In this document: positions 37,316 through 47,370 of the stretch, in pieces
Position numbering within the stretch: position 1 is the stretch's first letter
How the letters are laid out: each line of letters starts with the position of its first letter
Source of the DNA: a virus
Direction: 5' to 3' (one strand)
DNA length: 64,000 nt
Virus record (IMG/VR): IMGVR_UViG_3300017917_000784
Span: 21,170 to 85,169 of that record
Position numbers and translations under genes: made by a program
Notes under the pieces: model-generated
Databases searched by the model: none
What the model saw: the letters and a program-made list of their open reading frames with translations, nothing else
Told to the model about the DNA's origin: nothing

Positions 37316-38673
37316 TAATCAAAAATCCACTGTTTAGTTTTTAAAGTTTTTAACATTTCAGCATTATTTTCTAATATATCTTGCATATTAGAATACATAA
37401 CGCGAAGTTCGTTAATATCCTTGCTATCTATATAGTCAATAACTTTTAATATCTTTAGCATTCGTTGTTCTGGATCCTCTTCCTCATCATAACTTTCGTC
37501 CCAGAATCTGCCAAAAGTTTGAAATCCTTGTTTCCTCATATACTCTAACGTATGAGGAGGTGCAACAATTACAAAAGGTCTACCTAGTTTCATAGCGTTC
37601 ATTGCTTTTTCGCTAAAAATGCCCATTGGTTGTGCAAACATTGTTTCTGTTACCACTACACAGAAACTATTTAAGTAGGCATCGTCCATTCGATAATCGC
37701 TAGGACTTCCGCAAGTGTAATTTCCTGGAAATTTCCAGTAGTCTATGTTTCCATCAATTTTTGTTACTGGCTGTTCTATATTAATCTGTAACGGAGATTT
37801 TAAATTTAAATCCTCTACCCCTTGTACCAATACAGTATATTGATCAGGATTTTTTGTTTTCCAAGTTTCCAAATCAAACCAAAGATTTTTCTTTAAAACA
37901 TCAATACTTCCATTGAAGTACCAAGAATAGTGTCCGCTTTTGTTTACAAGATAACTCATAATTACATGTCTTGCAGTATGATATCTCCAATTTGGGCAGA
38001 CAAATTTACGTTCTATTAAACTAACTACATCAGGTAATTTACGGAAAGGATACTCGTCCTCAGGCGGATAGTCAACCATTGATGCTAGATGAAGATCTTT
38101 ACAGTGTAGATTTATATTAGGATACTTGTGCTGAAAGTATTTCTTTACATTATAGTGACACCCGTATACATTTACTTTTTTAAGATTATTGCGTTCAGCA
38201 AAAATTGATATGGATTCAAATTCGTAGCATCTTAAATCCGCATAGTGCTCTAACTTGCAGTCAAATATCATATTATCACCGCAATTTTTTACAATAGTTT
38301 CTGAAATTGCGGCATCTTTGTCTGGATGATTAAATTTTTTAGACTTATCTATATTGCCTAACCCAAATGTTAATACTTCATAAAGATAAATGTCTAGTCC
38401 TTTATCATTAAGATGATCGATTGTTCGTTGATCAAATGTTTTAGTTTCTAATTGGGGTATATACCCTTTAACTCCACATATCATATGTGGCGTTGTTTCA
38501 GAATCAATCCATGTAGGTGCTATAGCCCACTTATAAAAATGAAAAAAGTAAGCATCGTCTTCATGATACAATTCTGTACCATCCATTAATGTTATATGTC
38601 CTTGACGATTATCTAACAGTAATCTTTCAAATAAAATAAAATTATCGTAGGCCTTGGCTATATATTCAGACAT
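37315..38673 (-). CDS. Glycosyltransferase-like protein (GT10-like C-terminus), paralog 3
   Basis: NWRYH..R, VVTET, FSEK, GFQTF..FWDESYD. Confidence 0.55.
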   Translation of the reverse strand: MSEYIAKAYDNFILFERLLLDNRQGHITLMDGTELYHEDDAYFFHFYKWAIAPTWIDSETTPHMICGVKGYIPQLETKTFDQRTIDHLNDKGLDIYLYEVLTFGLGNIDKSKKFNHPDKDAAISETIVKNCGDNMIFDCKLEHYADLRCYEFESISIFAERNNLKKVNVYGCHYNVKKYFQHKYPNINLHCKDLHLASMVDYPPEDEYPFRKLPDVVSLIERKFVCPNWRYHTARHVIMSYLVNKSGHYSWYFNGSIDVLKKNLWFDLETWKTKNPDQYTVLVQGVEDLNLKSPLQINIEQPVTKIDGNIDYWKFPGNYTCGSPSDYRMDDAYLNSFCVVVTETMFAQPMGIFSEKAMNAMKLGRPFVIVAPPHTLEYMRKQGFQTFGRFWDESYDEEEDPEQRMLKILKVIDYIDSKDINELRVMYSNMQDILENNAEMLKTLKTKQWIFD

Positions 38674-39721
38674 TCTGTTCCTCTATCATTTTATTAAACT
38701 CGTTAGGATCGTTTAATCTATCATCAAACGAAGAACAAGTTGTGGCACACGTAAATAATCGACCTTGTTCATAATTTTTATCCCATGTCGATTTAATATC
38801 AGTAAAAAAATTACCCTCTATTATAGAATGCCATGCTGTTTTTCTTAAATCAATTTTATCTTTGTGTTCTTCCCAAATTTTTTCCCACCCGTCTTGAATA
38901 ACTGCGCCTCGACGAGCGTATACTCCGGCTGCTAAAAAACAGCAAGGAAATACTCTACCTAAGTGGTCAATGTAAACACTTTGATTTTTTAATACATAAC
39001 AGTCAATACAACTGTTATCAGAATCGTTCATTATACCCTTAAGAGTTTTAGGTGTTCGATGTAAGATTACTTTATGTGTTAAGGATTCATCGCTAGGCGG
39101 CTCTACTGGACGAGAACGTCCTAACACTTCATCTAATGCAAACCTATGACTTGGTTTAACTATAAATTTTTGAAATCCTAACTTTTCGGATAAACTTCTT
39201 GCTTCTTCTACTTGATGTTGGTTGTGTTTAAAAGTTATATATTGCCAGTATGGTTTCCCGCCACCTTCTACAAAGGCGTGTACGTTAGCCATAACGTTAG
39301 CCCAGCGTACATTGACTCGGTATATGTGGTTAGTATCTTCTAACCCGTCTATGGCAAAAATAACTTCGCTACGATCGCCTACTATTTCTGCAAGTTCTTT
39401 CCAAAAATTAGGACTACGAAGCCCACCGTTAGTGCTAATTTTTATTATTATATCTGGATTCTTTTTTCTAATTAATCTACATACATCTAAAAAGTTTGGT
39501 GCCGCACAAGGATCTCCTATGTTGCCACAAAAGAAAATTATTTTTGATTCTTGATAAACGTAATCAGGAATCAAATTAAAAAATTCAGTTTCTAAATATG
39601 TTTCTTGAAGCCAACTTTTATCCTCGGGCGTTATTTCTCTAACACATTGAGGGCAGGCAGCATTACAAATACTGCTGTTTTCAATTTGAACTTCAAAAAA
39701 TTTACCTGTATAAAATGTCAT
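38666..39721 (-). CDS. Radical SAM/SPASM protein
   Basis: CNAACPQC, CGNIGDP, STNG; C-terminal C...PCC...C...C. Confidence 0.9.
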   Translation of the reverse strand: MTFYTGKFFEVQIENSSICNAACPQCVREITPEDKSWLQETYLETEFFNLIPDYVYQESKIIFFCGNIGDPCAAPNFLDVCRLIRKKNPDIIIKISTNGGLRSPNFWKELAEIVGDRSEVIFAIDGLEDTNHIYRVNVRWANVMANVHAFVEGGGKPYWQYITFKHNQHQVEEARSLSEKLGFQKFIVKPSHRFALDEVLGRSRPVEPPSDESLTHKVILHRTPKTLKGIMNDSDNSCIDCYVLKNQSVYIDHLGRVFPCCFLAAGVYARRGAVIQDGWEKIWEEHKDKIDLRKTAWHSIIEGNFFTDIKSTWDKNYEQGRLFTCATTCSSFDDRLNDPNEFNKMIEEQNV

Positions 39722-40407
39722 TGTGGGTCCGGAAATATAATTGCTTGATCTTTGTATTTTTTAAGACTTTTATTAACTAACTGTCTATGTTTTTCTCTAT
39801 CTAAAATTCCTAATACACAAAGCATGATTTTATTTTGTTCAACATAATCTGCTCCGTGCCAATGATATCGTTCACAAATACTAAAACATGCTTGTTTTTT
39901 AGTAATATTTGGATATATCTTTTCACTATCTTTATTTTCAGAAACATAGAAACTCTTACTTTCATGCTTATTCATTAGAACATTGTAACGTCGAGGCTCT
40001 ATATCAATTGCAATTTCTGTAGGATCGACTATGATATCTCTTTGCTGAGCGTCCATATGAGTATTGACTTGTTCTCTCTGCATCAACATTACCACAAAAC
40101 TAAATTCTAAAAACGGAAGTTGATCTAGCATATAAGGAATTTCAGGAAACACTTTGTCTATATCGTTAGCGTATAACGAGGGACCAAGATTTGGAATAAA
40201 TCTCGAATATAAACAATTTTTAAACTTTTCAACATCGTACCATTCATTACCTTTTAACCGTCCACGAACTGGAATTTTATTCCAATGCTCCATAGAATCA
40301 ATATTTTGATTCCAATCTTTAGCTCTGGTTTCTTGACAGAAATCTAAAAGTTTTTGTTCGTCAGGTAACTGAACATCGATGTCTATAGGTAAGTATGCTA
40401 TTGTCAT
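39718..40407 (-). CDS. Putative 2OG-Fe(II)/cupin oxygenase-like protein
   Basis: THMD...HWHGAD. Confidence 0.5.
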   Translation of the reverse strand: MTIAYLPIDIDVQLPDEQKLLDFCQETRAKDWNQNIDSMEHWNKIPVRGRLKGNEWYDVEKFKNCLYSRFIPNLGPSLYANDIDKVFPEIPYMLDQLPFLEFSFVVMLMQREQVNTHMDAQQRDIIVDPTEIAIDIEPRRYNVLMNKHESKSFYVSENKDSEKIYPNITKKQACFSICERYHWHGADYVEQNKIMLCVLGILDREKHRQLVNKSLKKYKDQAIIFPDPQ

Positions 40408-40928
40408 GTTTTTATTAAATCTATCATCAAAATTACTCTGTCGTTGTCTGTGGGATTAAAAGCAAAATGTTCTACTGTGTCATCAAATACAGTATCTTCG
40501 CCTTCGTTCCAATAATAAACATCACCACCAACATTAATCCATGCTTTACCAGATGCTATTAAACCTAAATGATACTTAAACACCGCAGGATTATCTGGGC
40601 CGCTATGTGGAAATATTTCGCAGCCGCCCTTTAATATACTAAACCCTACTAAGAAAATATTAGGTATTTTTTCTGCTACGCTTATAGTCACTGGACAAAA
40701 TTCTTTATCTACTAACCATTTACCATCAATAAACAACGGAAGAAAATCCCACTGCCCGTTGTTGTTAGTAACTACTCCGTCTGGGCCGTCAACAATAGTT
40801 CCTTGGAATGCTTTTGGAGGCCACTTTTCTGCGTGATCTTTAACAGATAAAAATTCATCACGAATAGTTTTCCAATGTTGTTTAACATGGCTTACAGAAG
40901 GAAAATTACTTGTGGAAAATATGTTCAT
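40404..40928 (-). CDS. Aspartyl/asparaginyl beta-hydroxylase domain protein
   Basis: CPVT, FSIL, PH, YHLGL, WNEGEDTVFDDTVEH..FN...RVILMID. Confidence 0.9.
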   Translation of the reverse strand: MNIFSTSNFPSVSHVKQHWKTIRDEFLSVKDHAEKWPPKAFQGTIVDGPDGVVTNNNGQWDFLPLFIDGKWLVDKEFCPVTISVAEKIPNIFLVGFSILKGGCEIFPHSGPDNPAVFKYHLGLIASGKAWINVGGDVYYWNEGEDTVFDDTVEHFAFNPTDNDRVILMIDLIKT

Positions 40929-41617
40929 AGTTTTTCTAATATCATATCTATAAAATCATCTTCGTAGTTAGATCTAAAACTATTCAGTGCCGCTTCTTGT
41001 AGTCTTTTTGGAGAGTAAGTTTCCTGTATCGTCATTCCAAGTTTATCTAACACACCGTGCATTTTTTCTAATCTGCCTGGACTAATTTGTATTAATAAAT
41101 TTTCAAAACTGTCTGTGTCTTTATCTGTATCGTAACAAAAAAACCAGTTTATAGGAAACATTACTCCGTCCTGTATTGTCCAACTATTAGGATGTAGACT
41201 TAATTTTGTAATATTTGCATTCCACATACATTGTATTAAATTAGCCCACTGTTCTTTCCAATTTTTACACGCTAATTCTCTACTACCTGCTGAGATACTT
41301 TGCATTAAAAAATCGTCACCTGGCCATTTGTATATTACTTTACGTTCAACTTCATCTATATCTTCAATTTCTAACACAGGCATAAACTCTTTAGCCTTTG
41401 AATGAAATTTTAATTCTTTGCGAAATCTATCTTCTAACAACTGCTCAGTCCAGAGTGTATTTTCTTCAACACTGCGATGGTATCTTATGTCTCTAGCAAA
41501 CCACTGACAAAAGTGTTTTTTATCAGGACTAACATAGGCACTATAGACTAAATTGGCTCGTACCAATTCGTCCCCTTCTAAGTTCCAATATAAGTTCCAA
41601 TTTGATATATCTGTCAT
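40925..41617 (-). CDS. Degenerate protein-kinase-like fold protein
   Basis: RFRKEL helix, KLSLHPNS in the catalytic-loop position, INWFF in the DFG position. Confidence 0.4.
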   Translation of the reverse strand: MTDISNWNLYWNLEGDELVRANLVYSAYVSPDKKHFCQWFARDIRYHRSVEENTLWTEQLLEDRFRKELKFHSKAKEFMPVLEIEDIDEVERKVIYKWPGDDFLMQSISAGSRELACKNWKEQWANLIQCMWNANITKLSLHPNSWTIQDGVMFPINWFFCYDTDKDTDSFENLLIQISPGRLEKMHGVLDKLGMTIQETYSPKRLQEAALNSFRSNYEDDFIDMILEKL

Positions 41618-41659
41618 TGTTTTGTTGATAAATTAAAGTATGCTATATTTATTGAGCCT

Positions 41660-42439
41660 ATGATCCGCGGAATAAATTCTCAACCTTACATTAATCTAGA
41701 TCCTTTTATTGATATAGAAGGATTTTCCAAACTGCATTACGAAATCTGTAAAGGTATCGTTATGGCTGATTATAAAAAAGAAGGGAATATGGTTAAACCT
41801 GCGGCAGCCGAACAATATCGTTGGGAATTTAAACCACTGTATCAAGCATTGGAAGAATATCATGCACTACCTGCAGATCACGAAATTAAACGGTTAGGCA
41901 TAGAAATAGGAGAATATAATAATCGCGATAAGTTTATGTTGTTTTTAAAACTTGCGTTAGGTGCGTATGATCCTTATCAATTTATTTTCCTTAAAACAGA
42001 AGAGGGCGGTTGGGAATCAAGGTTTGAAGAAAAGGCATGGACTGATGATGCTGTAAATCATTTTCCTAAAGTTAAAAATTGGATTGAGCAATCAATACAA
42101 GGCAAAGTTTTTAAGACCATAGGTCGTATTATAATCTTTAAAGCAGAACACGATTGTCTAATGCCTATGCATCGTGACTTGCTAGAGGGAGAAAACGACT
42201 ATTATCCACATAGGCATGAATTTATTCATTTGCGTCCTAATGCTGATAAACCGTTTTATATCTATGATCCTGAAATAGATAAACGTATATCTGTAGATTG
42301 TCGTGCAGTGTTTTTTAACGATTTAGATTGGCATGCTGGCGGACGTTCTGATGTACAAAGTTACAGTATAAGAATTGACGGATCGTTTACAGACGAATTT
42401 AGAGAACGCATCGGTGTTGCACACCTAGAAAACTATTAA
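41660..42439 (+). CDS. 2OG-Fe(II)/cupin oxygenase-like protein
   Basis: MPMHRD...DWH...SIRIDG. Confidence 0.6.
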   Translation: MIRGINSQPYINLDPFIDIEGFSKLHYEICKGIVMADYKKEGNMVKPAAAEQYRWEFKPLYQALEEYHALPADHEIKRLGIEIGEYNNRDKFMLFLKLALGAYDPYQFIFLKTEEGGWESRFEEKAWTDDAVNHFPKVKNWIEQSIQGKVFKTIGRIIIFKAEHDCLMPMHRDLLEGENDYYPHRHEFIHLRPNADKPFYIYDPEIDKRISVDCRAVFFNDLDWHAGGRSDVQSYSIRIDGSFTDEFRERIGVAHLENY

Positions 42440-42933
42440 TCAAACAATAAAATTTGTAAACTAATTTTAGGAACTGTTCCTAAATTGGCTGCTCCGTGTT
42501 CTATATTTGCAGGTGCTAGTTCGAACATATCCCCTGCTTTATAATTTTCTAAAAACTGTCCTTCATACGCAAACACATGACCGGGCTGATGATCTTGACA
42601 GGCCATCCAATAACGTTGTACATTTTCTGCAGATTCAAAATGATCCACGTGCATAGGCAACATGTCTCCAGGATTAAGTTTACTAAACCACCACTTGTAT
42701 TTTTTACCATTGATATTCATAGGTAAATCAATATGATCTCTACCTATGTGTTCATTATAGTAAAATTCCCAACCTATCTTAGTCATATCGATACCAGAAG
42801 CCTGCCATTTTTTCAAAGTGGATAGCTCGTATTCTCCTGCCTGTAACTTAGGGCGACGTTCTCCTGGCGTTGTTAGTATTCTATCAATTATGCTAGGATC
42901 AATCCAACTAGCAAAGTTTCCAACGTACATCAT
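42436..42933 (-). CDS. 2OG-Fe(II) oxygenase-like protein
   Basis: LPMHVD...HGAANLG..PKISLQI. Confidence 0.72.
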   Translation of the reverse strand: MMYVGNFASWIDPSIIDRILTTPGERRPKLQAGEYELSTLKKWQASGIDMTKIGWEFYYNEHIGRDHIDLPMNINGKKYKWWFSKLNPGDMLPMHVDHFESAENVQRYWMACQDHQPGHVFAYEGQFLENYKAGDMFELAPANIEHGAANLGTVPKISLQILLFD

Positions 42934-43820
42934 ATCTTCACCTTAGTCAACGGTATATCTGCGGCACAGGTACAAAAATTTCGATCGCATATTATAGGTT
43001 CTGTTGGTACTGTAAAAGTATTTAGGTATATATTTCCAAGGCTTCCTCCTACTCTACAAGTAGCACGATGCACTTCACCATCCCAATTAATCATTAAACT
43101 TTCGATACCGGCACTGCACTGCCAATCTTTAAATTGATTTAAATGTAATTTAATAACATCGTTGGCATGTATTAATGTTTTATCATCAATTACACAATTT
43201 GATTCTACAGTAGCAGAATTGTCCTTAATCCATTGTAAATCATCTGGATGATAACGCATGTCATCAAATAGATCCCTATCGCCATCAGTCCATCGTATTC
43301 TACGTACAGCATACGGTATACTTGCTTCTTTAAAAATTGTTACAGCGGCTTTGGCTTGTATAATGTAATCATGATGTGCCATAACGTTTACCATTATAGG
43401 CGTAAGATGCTTTAACATATGAAAACTTTTTATAGTGTTTACTACTCTGTGCCAATCACCTTCTGTAAAGTGTAAACTAAAGACCCAATGATCGGCTTTT
43501 TGATTAATGTACCACTCTGGTTTACGAGTACCGTTAGTAGTTATATTAACCCAACTTACACCGACATGTTTACAATAATCAATCAGTTCTCCAATATGAG
43601 GATGCACAGTAGGTTCACCACCTGTAAAACTAATACGTACATCACCTAGTTTAATCAACCTATCTACTGTAGATTTTAAAACTTTAATATCTGTGTGAGG
43701 ACTATGATTGTCGTGTATTTCAGCAGGACAGTAAGCACAGTCGTAGTTACATCGTTTGCCAAGATTCCATTCAACTTTAATTTTATTTTGATGTGGCCAC
43801 CGACTGGTAATTTTATACAT
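42930..43820 (-). CDS. Radical SAM/SPASM protein
   Basis: CNYDCAYC, TGGEPT, TTNG; CSAG...C...C...CTC. Confidence 0.9.
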   Translation of the reverse strand: MYKITSRWPHQNKIKVEWNLGKRCNYDCAYCPAEIHDNHSPHTDIKVLKSTVDRLIKLGDVRISFTGGEPTVHPHIGELIDYCKHVGVSWVNITTNGTRKPEWYINQKADHWVFSLHFTEGDWHRVVNTIKSFHMLKHLTPIMVNVMAHHDYIIQAKAAVTIFKEASIPYAVRRIRWTDGDRDLFDDMRYHPDDLQWIKDNSATVESNCVIDDKTLIHANDVIKLHLNQFKDWQCSAGIESLMINWDGEVHRATCRVGGSLGNIYLNTFTVPTEPIICDRNFCTCAADIPLTKVKI

Positions 43821-45072
43821 AATTTTTAAATTCCGGTGTTACTTCTAAAAAACTCTGGTGTCTAGTAGCATCAAGTCGACGATTAAATTCGATGCAATCC
43901 TGCCATTTTTCAGTTTGGTCTTTGGCACGTAGATAATTCTGTACTCCTTGTATCTGACCCATAGTTAGATCTAACAGCATAGGATTTTGTTTAATCATAG
44001 CAAAATCTTTTATAGAATCTTTAACTACTTCCAAACGTTGACTGGCTAAAACTTTTAAAGGGTACGGCATTACTTGAGCACTTAACACGTTAGGATAATT
44101 AACCATGTTAGTGTAAAAAATAATACCTACTTTATCTAAAAATTCTTCTAACATTTTATCAAGTATAAGAACATTACTAACTTGTACAGCCACGGCTCCT
44201 ACAATACGTCTTACGTTAGGTATTTTTTGTATTTCTTTTATGTTACTAATAACGTCATTGTAATTGCCATTACCTCGAATATAGTTATATACATCGCCTA
44301 TACCGTCGATGCTAACATTAACTGCTACAGATTTAAAATGAGGCCAATAATCATGTATAGTACGTCCACCTTTAATGCCTAAGGTAGTTCCATTAGTAGC
44401 ATATTTGATTTCTATTTGATTGCCGTATGGCTTGAGCATATCCAATATACGATAATGCTGTGGGTCCATTAAAGGTTCTCCGCCAGCAAATTCTACACGG
44501 CGGAAGTAGGGCAATAATTTTTCAAAACTTGCCCACCAATTAGGATTGTCTTCAAACTTATCTAAGTATGGTTTATTAATTAAGTTAAGATCCTTAATAG
44601 CCTTAACCATAAAATTATTTTCTTTAACGTAGAACTCTTCTACTTCTTGCCAATCGTTCCAACTTGTACTATCCATAGGATGGCACATACGACATTTAAG
44701 ATTACAAAGATTGTTTAACTTGATTTCCATAGTCGGAATATCAAACGGCATAGTGTAATCTTCTTGAAGTTTACTTAATGCATTAGGATATAATGTTACA
44801 CGACTTTCTGGTATGCGAGGTTCTATATGACGTAAGCGAAGACTTTCTACACCGTTGGATTCTGCTAATTGACAGGCATGACATTCTTTAGGCCACTCAT
44901 TATTTAGAACTTGTTTACGAATACGACGCATTGTATCGCCGTTCCATATTTCTTCAAGTGTTTGCTCTTGAATCCACCCAACAGGATGACTGCGACAACA
45001 CGCTTGTATGGCGCCATCTTCTCTAGTGGCTAGCCCTGTAAAAGGATGTAGGCAAAATGTTTTACTGGTCAT
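43813..45072 (-). CDS. Twitch-domain radical SAM protein
   Basis: FCLHPF...ACC...CHAC; CNLKCRMC; AGGEP. Confidence 0.9.
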   Translation of the reverse strand: MTSKTFCLHPFTGLATREDGAIQACCRSHPVGWIQEQTLEEIWNGDTMRRIRKQVLNNEWPKECHACQLAESNGVESLRLRHIEPRIPESRVTLYPNALSKLQEDYTMPFDIPTMEIKLNNLCNLKCRMCHPMDSTSWNDWQEVEEFYVKENNFMVKAIKDLNLINKPYLDKFEDNPNWWASFEKLLPYFRRVEFAGGEPLMDPQHYRILDMLKPYGNQIEIKYATNGTTLGIKGGRTIHDYWPHFKSVAVNVSIDGIGDVYNYIRGNGNYNDVISNIKEIQKIPNVRRIVGAVAVQVSNVLILDKMLEEFLDKVGIIFYTNMVNYPNVLSAQVMPYPLKVLASQRLEVVKDSIKDFAMIKQNPMLLDLTMGQIQGVQNYLRAKDQTEKWQDCIEFNRRLDATRHQSFLEVTPEFKNYV

Positions 45073-45916
45073 GTTCTTCCAAATATCGTATCAATGGCGC
45101 CACTCCGACCGGTCCTCCGTTGCGTTGTGCAAGGTAAATGCTTTTAGTCGGAGTTAGATTAAAATCCTTACAAATTTTAAAATATCTATCTCCATGAGTG
45201 TCCCACAAATAATCACTAGGAAATTCTTTTAAAAAATGTAATCCTATTTTTGCTAGAGCTCTACAATTCATATTGAAATCATTCATAATACTTATTGCAT
45301 CCGGTTTAAGACTCTTACTCCATCGAATCCCTATTCTATTCCACCCTAGTCCCAGGCCTTTGCTAAGACTGATACCAACCGACTTAATCTGCGGGTGATT
45401 AAAATCAAAATCGATATCTCTACAGCAAGTTATCCAGGCACCGTCAATATGTACATCGATATTTTTACTAGTACACTCGTTTAGTATTTCTTCCATGTCC
45501 TGATGAGGTGCACCTATCTGTGGAAAAGGCATAGCAATAATCAAGGGTATATCAGGAACAAGGCTACCCACATCTCTAAAATAGGCATATCCTAATCTGT
45601 CATGGTATCTATAATCTCCCGATAACACCTGAACAGGACCTTTCATATATAAACTATCAATAAATTGTGTACAGCCTATAATAATATCTGTCCTAGCAAA
45701 GGAATCTATGCCCTGTAGATTGTTTAATTTTGATCCAAAAATCCAAGACTGACATTCTTTTTTAAAATCAAAATATACTTGGTCTGTAATATCTTTGTCC
45801 CAGCCACCGTGAAGAATAGTCTGTATAGCAGATTCTATGCGTCTATCCGAAAGGGGACGAGGGCGTTCTACTTGTAAGTATTCGGCGGAATATTCAGGTG
45901 CTATTTTAACTATCAT
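45062..45916 (-). CDS. PLP-dependent aminotransferase-like protein (paralog of 12659..13603)
   Basis: GCTQFID, HIDGAW, ISLSKG, RIG. Confidence 0.75.
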   Translation of the reverse strand: MIVKIAPEYSAEYLQVERPRPLSDRRIESAIQTILHGGWDKDITDQVYFDFKKECQSWIFGSKLNNLQGIDSFARTDIIIGCTQFIDSLYMKGPVQVLSGDYRYHDRLGYAYFRDVGSLVPDIPLIIAMPFPQIGAPHQDMEEILNECTSKNIDVHIDGAWITCCRDIDFDFNHPQIKSVGISLSKGLGLGWNRIGIRWSKSLKPDAISIMNDFNMNCRALAKIGLHFLKEFPSDYLWDTHGDRYFKICKDFNLTPTKSIYLAQRNGGPVGVAPLIRYLEEHDQ

Positions 45917-45984
45917 GTTGGATATTTATTGACCTTTTGTCAAGGTTCGTGTATATTATAGCATGTACTTGATAAGTAATCAAC
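45917..45984. promoter_or_regulatory. Divergent late-type promoters directly before start codons, plus a sigma70-like site
   Basis: Minus strand ATAAATA-N6-ATG; plus strand ATAAGTA-N6-ATG; TTGACC-17-TATATT at 45929-45957. Confidence 0.6.
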
Positions 45985-47370
45985 ATGAATGAAAAAATAA
46001 TTCAAATAGTTAATAAAATTGAATCCAAAACTGGATCAAAAACTTTCTGCCCTTTGCCGTGGATACATTTGGCTACTCGTCCAAACGGCGATGCTAGACT
46101 CTGCTGTGTTACTAATGCCAGCGGAGCACAGAGTGGCGACCATACTGTGGGTCTAGTTAAAAACATAGACGGCAAGCCGGCTAACTTTGGTAAAGATTTG
46201 CCATTAGATGCTTTTAACAACGAATACATGCAGAACGTAAGAAAAACTATGCTAGAAGGTAATGTTCCTGCTAGTTGTACTAAATGTTTTGAAGAAGAAT
46301 CAAACGGTGTATTCAGTAAACGTATGTGGGAAAGTTATGAGTGGATGGAGGAAGGTTTAGACTTTGAAAAACTTGTACAAGAAACTAACAAGGATGGCAC
46401 GGTACCACCAGTAGTACCTTATTGGGATTTACGTTTAGGACACACTTGTAATCTTAAATGTGTAATGTGTAGTCCGCACGACAGTAGTCGCTGGGTACAG
46501 GATCACGAGCAATTAGTTAAAATTACAAAAAGCCCAATAATCTTAAAACAGGTTGAATGGGGTGCTAACGAATTTAATAACTACTGGTACGAAAAACCAG
46601 AGTTTTGGGATCAGGTATACGAACAAATCCCTAACATACGTCAGTTGTATTTTGCAGGCGGCGAACCTTTGATGATTAAAGAACACAAACGGTTCTTAGA
46701 AGAAATTATACGCAGAGGTTATAGTAAACAAATTAGCCTACGTTATAATAGTAACGGTGTTTTGATTGACCAAAACATGATTGATATTTGGACAGAATTT
46801 AGGCAAGTGCGATACGCCTTTAGTATCGATGACTATGACCAACGTAATCACTACATTCGATATCCAGCAGAATGGTCAGATATTGAAAAAAGTTTAAGAT
46901 TACTCGATAACACTCCTGATCATATACATACTAGTATTGCCTGTGCGGTTCAGGCATTAAACATCAAAAATGTAACTAATTTTGCTCGTTGGAAGTTGGA
47001 GCAAGGTTATAAAAAGATTAACAAATATAAATTTGACGAATTTGAATCAGGCGGTGGTATAATCAATATGCATCTGTTATACATTCCTACATTTCTAAGT
47101 GCTAGAATACTGCCTCAAGAAGATAAGCAACAGGTGCGAGAACAATTCATGGAGTTTAAGGATTGGTTATGGAACAACTATCGACAAGACGACAATTTCT
47201 GGCAGGTAAATCCCTATGGCTGGAAACGCTACGAGGCTATCTTGAAGTTTGTAGAAGCGCAGGATCACACACATCTACTACCAGACTTTCAAGAGTATAT
47301 TCGCAACTTAGACAAGATTCGAGGAACAGACAGTAAATCTGTGTTTCCTGATCTAGCACATCTGTTATGA
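45985..47370 (+). CDS. Twitch-domain radical SAM protein
   Basis: FCPLPW...LCC...CTKC; CNLKCVMC; AGGEP. Confidence 0.9.
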   Translation: MNEKIIQIVNKIESKTGSKTFCPLPWIHLATRPNGDARLCCVTNASGAQSGDHTVGLVKNIDGKPANFGKDLPLDAFNNEYMQNVRKTMLEGNVPASCTKCFEEESNGVFSKRMWESYEWMEEGLDFEKLVQETNKDGTVPPVVPYWDLRLGHTCNLKCVMCSPHDSSRWVQDHEQLVKITKSPIILKQVEWGANEFNNYWYEKPEFWDQVYEQIPNIRQLYFAGGEPLMIKEHKRFLEEIIRRGYSKQISLRYNSNGVLIDQNMIDIWTEFRQVRYAFSIDDYDQRNHYIRYPAEWSDIEKSLRLLDNTPDHIHTSIACAVQALNIKNVTNFARWKLEQGYKKINKYKFDEFESGGGIINMHLLYIPTFLSARILPQEDKQQVREQFMEFKDWLWNNYRQDDNFWQVNPYGWKRYEAILKFVEAQDHTHLLPDFQEYIRNLDKIRGTDSKSVFPDLAHLL

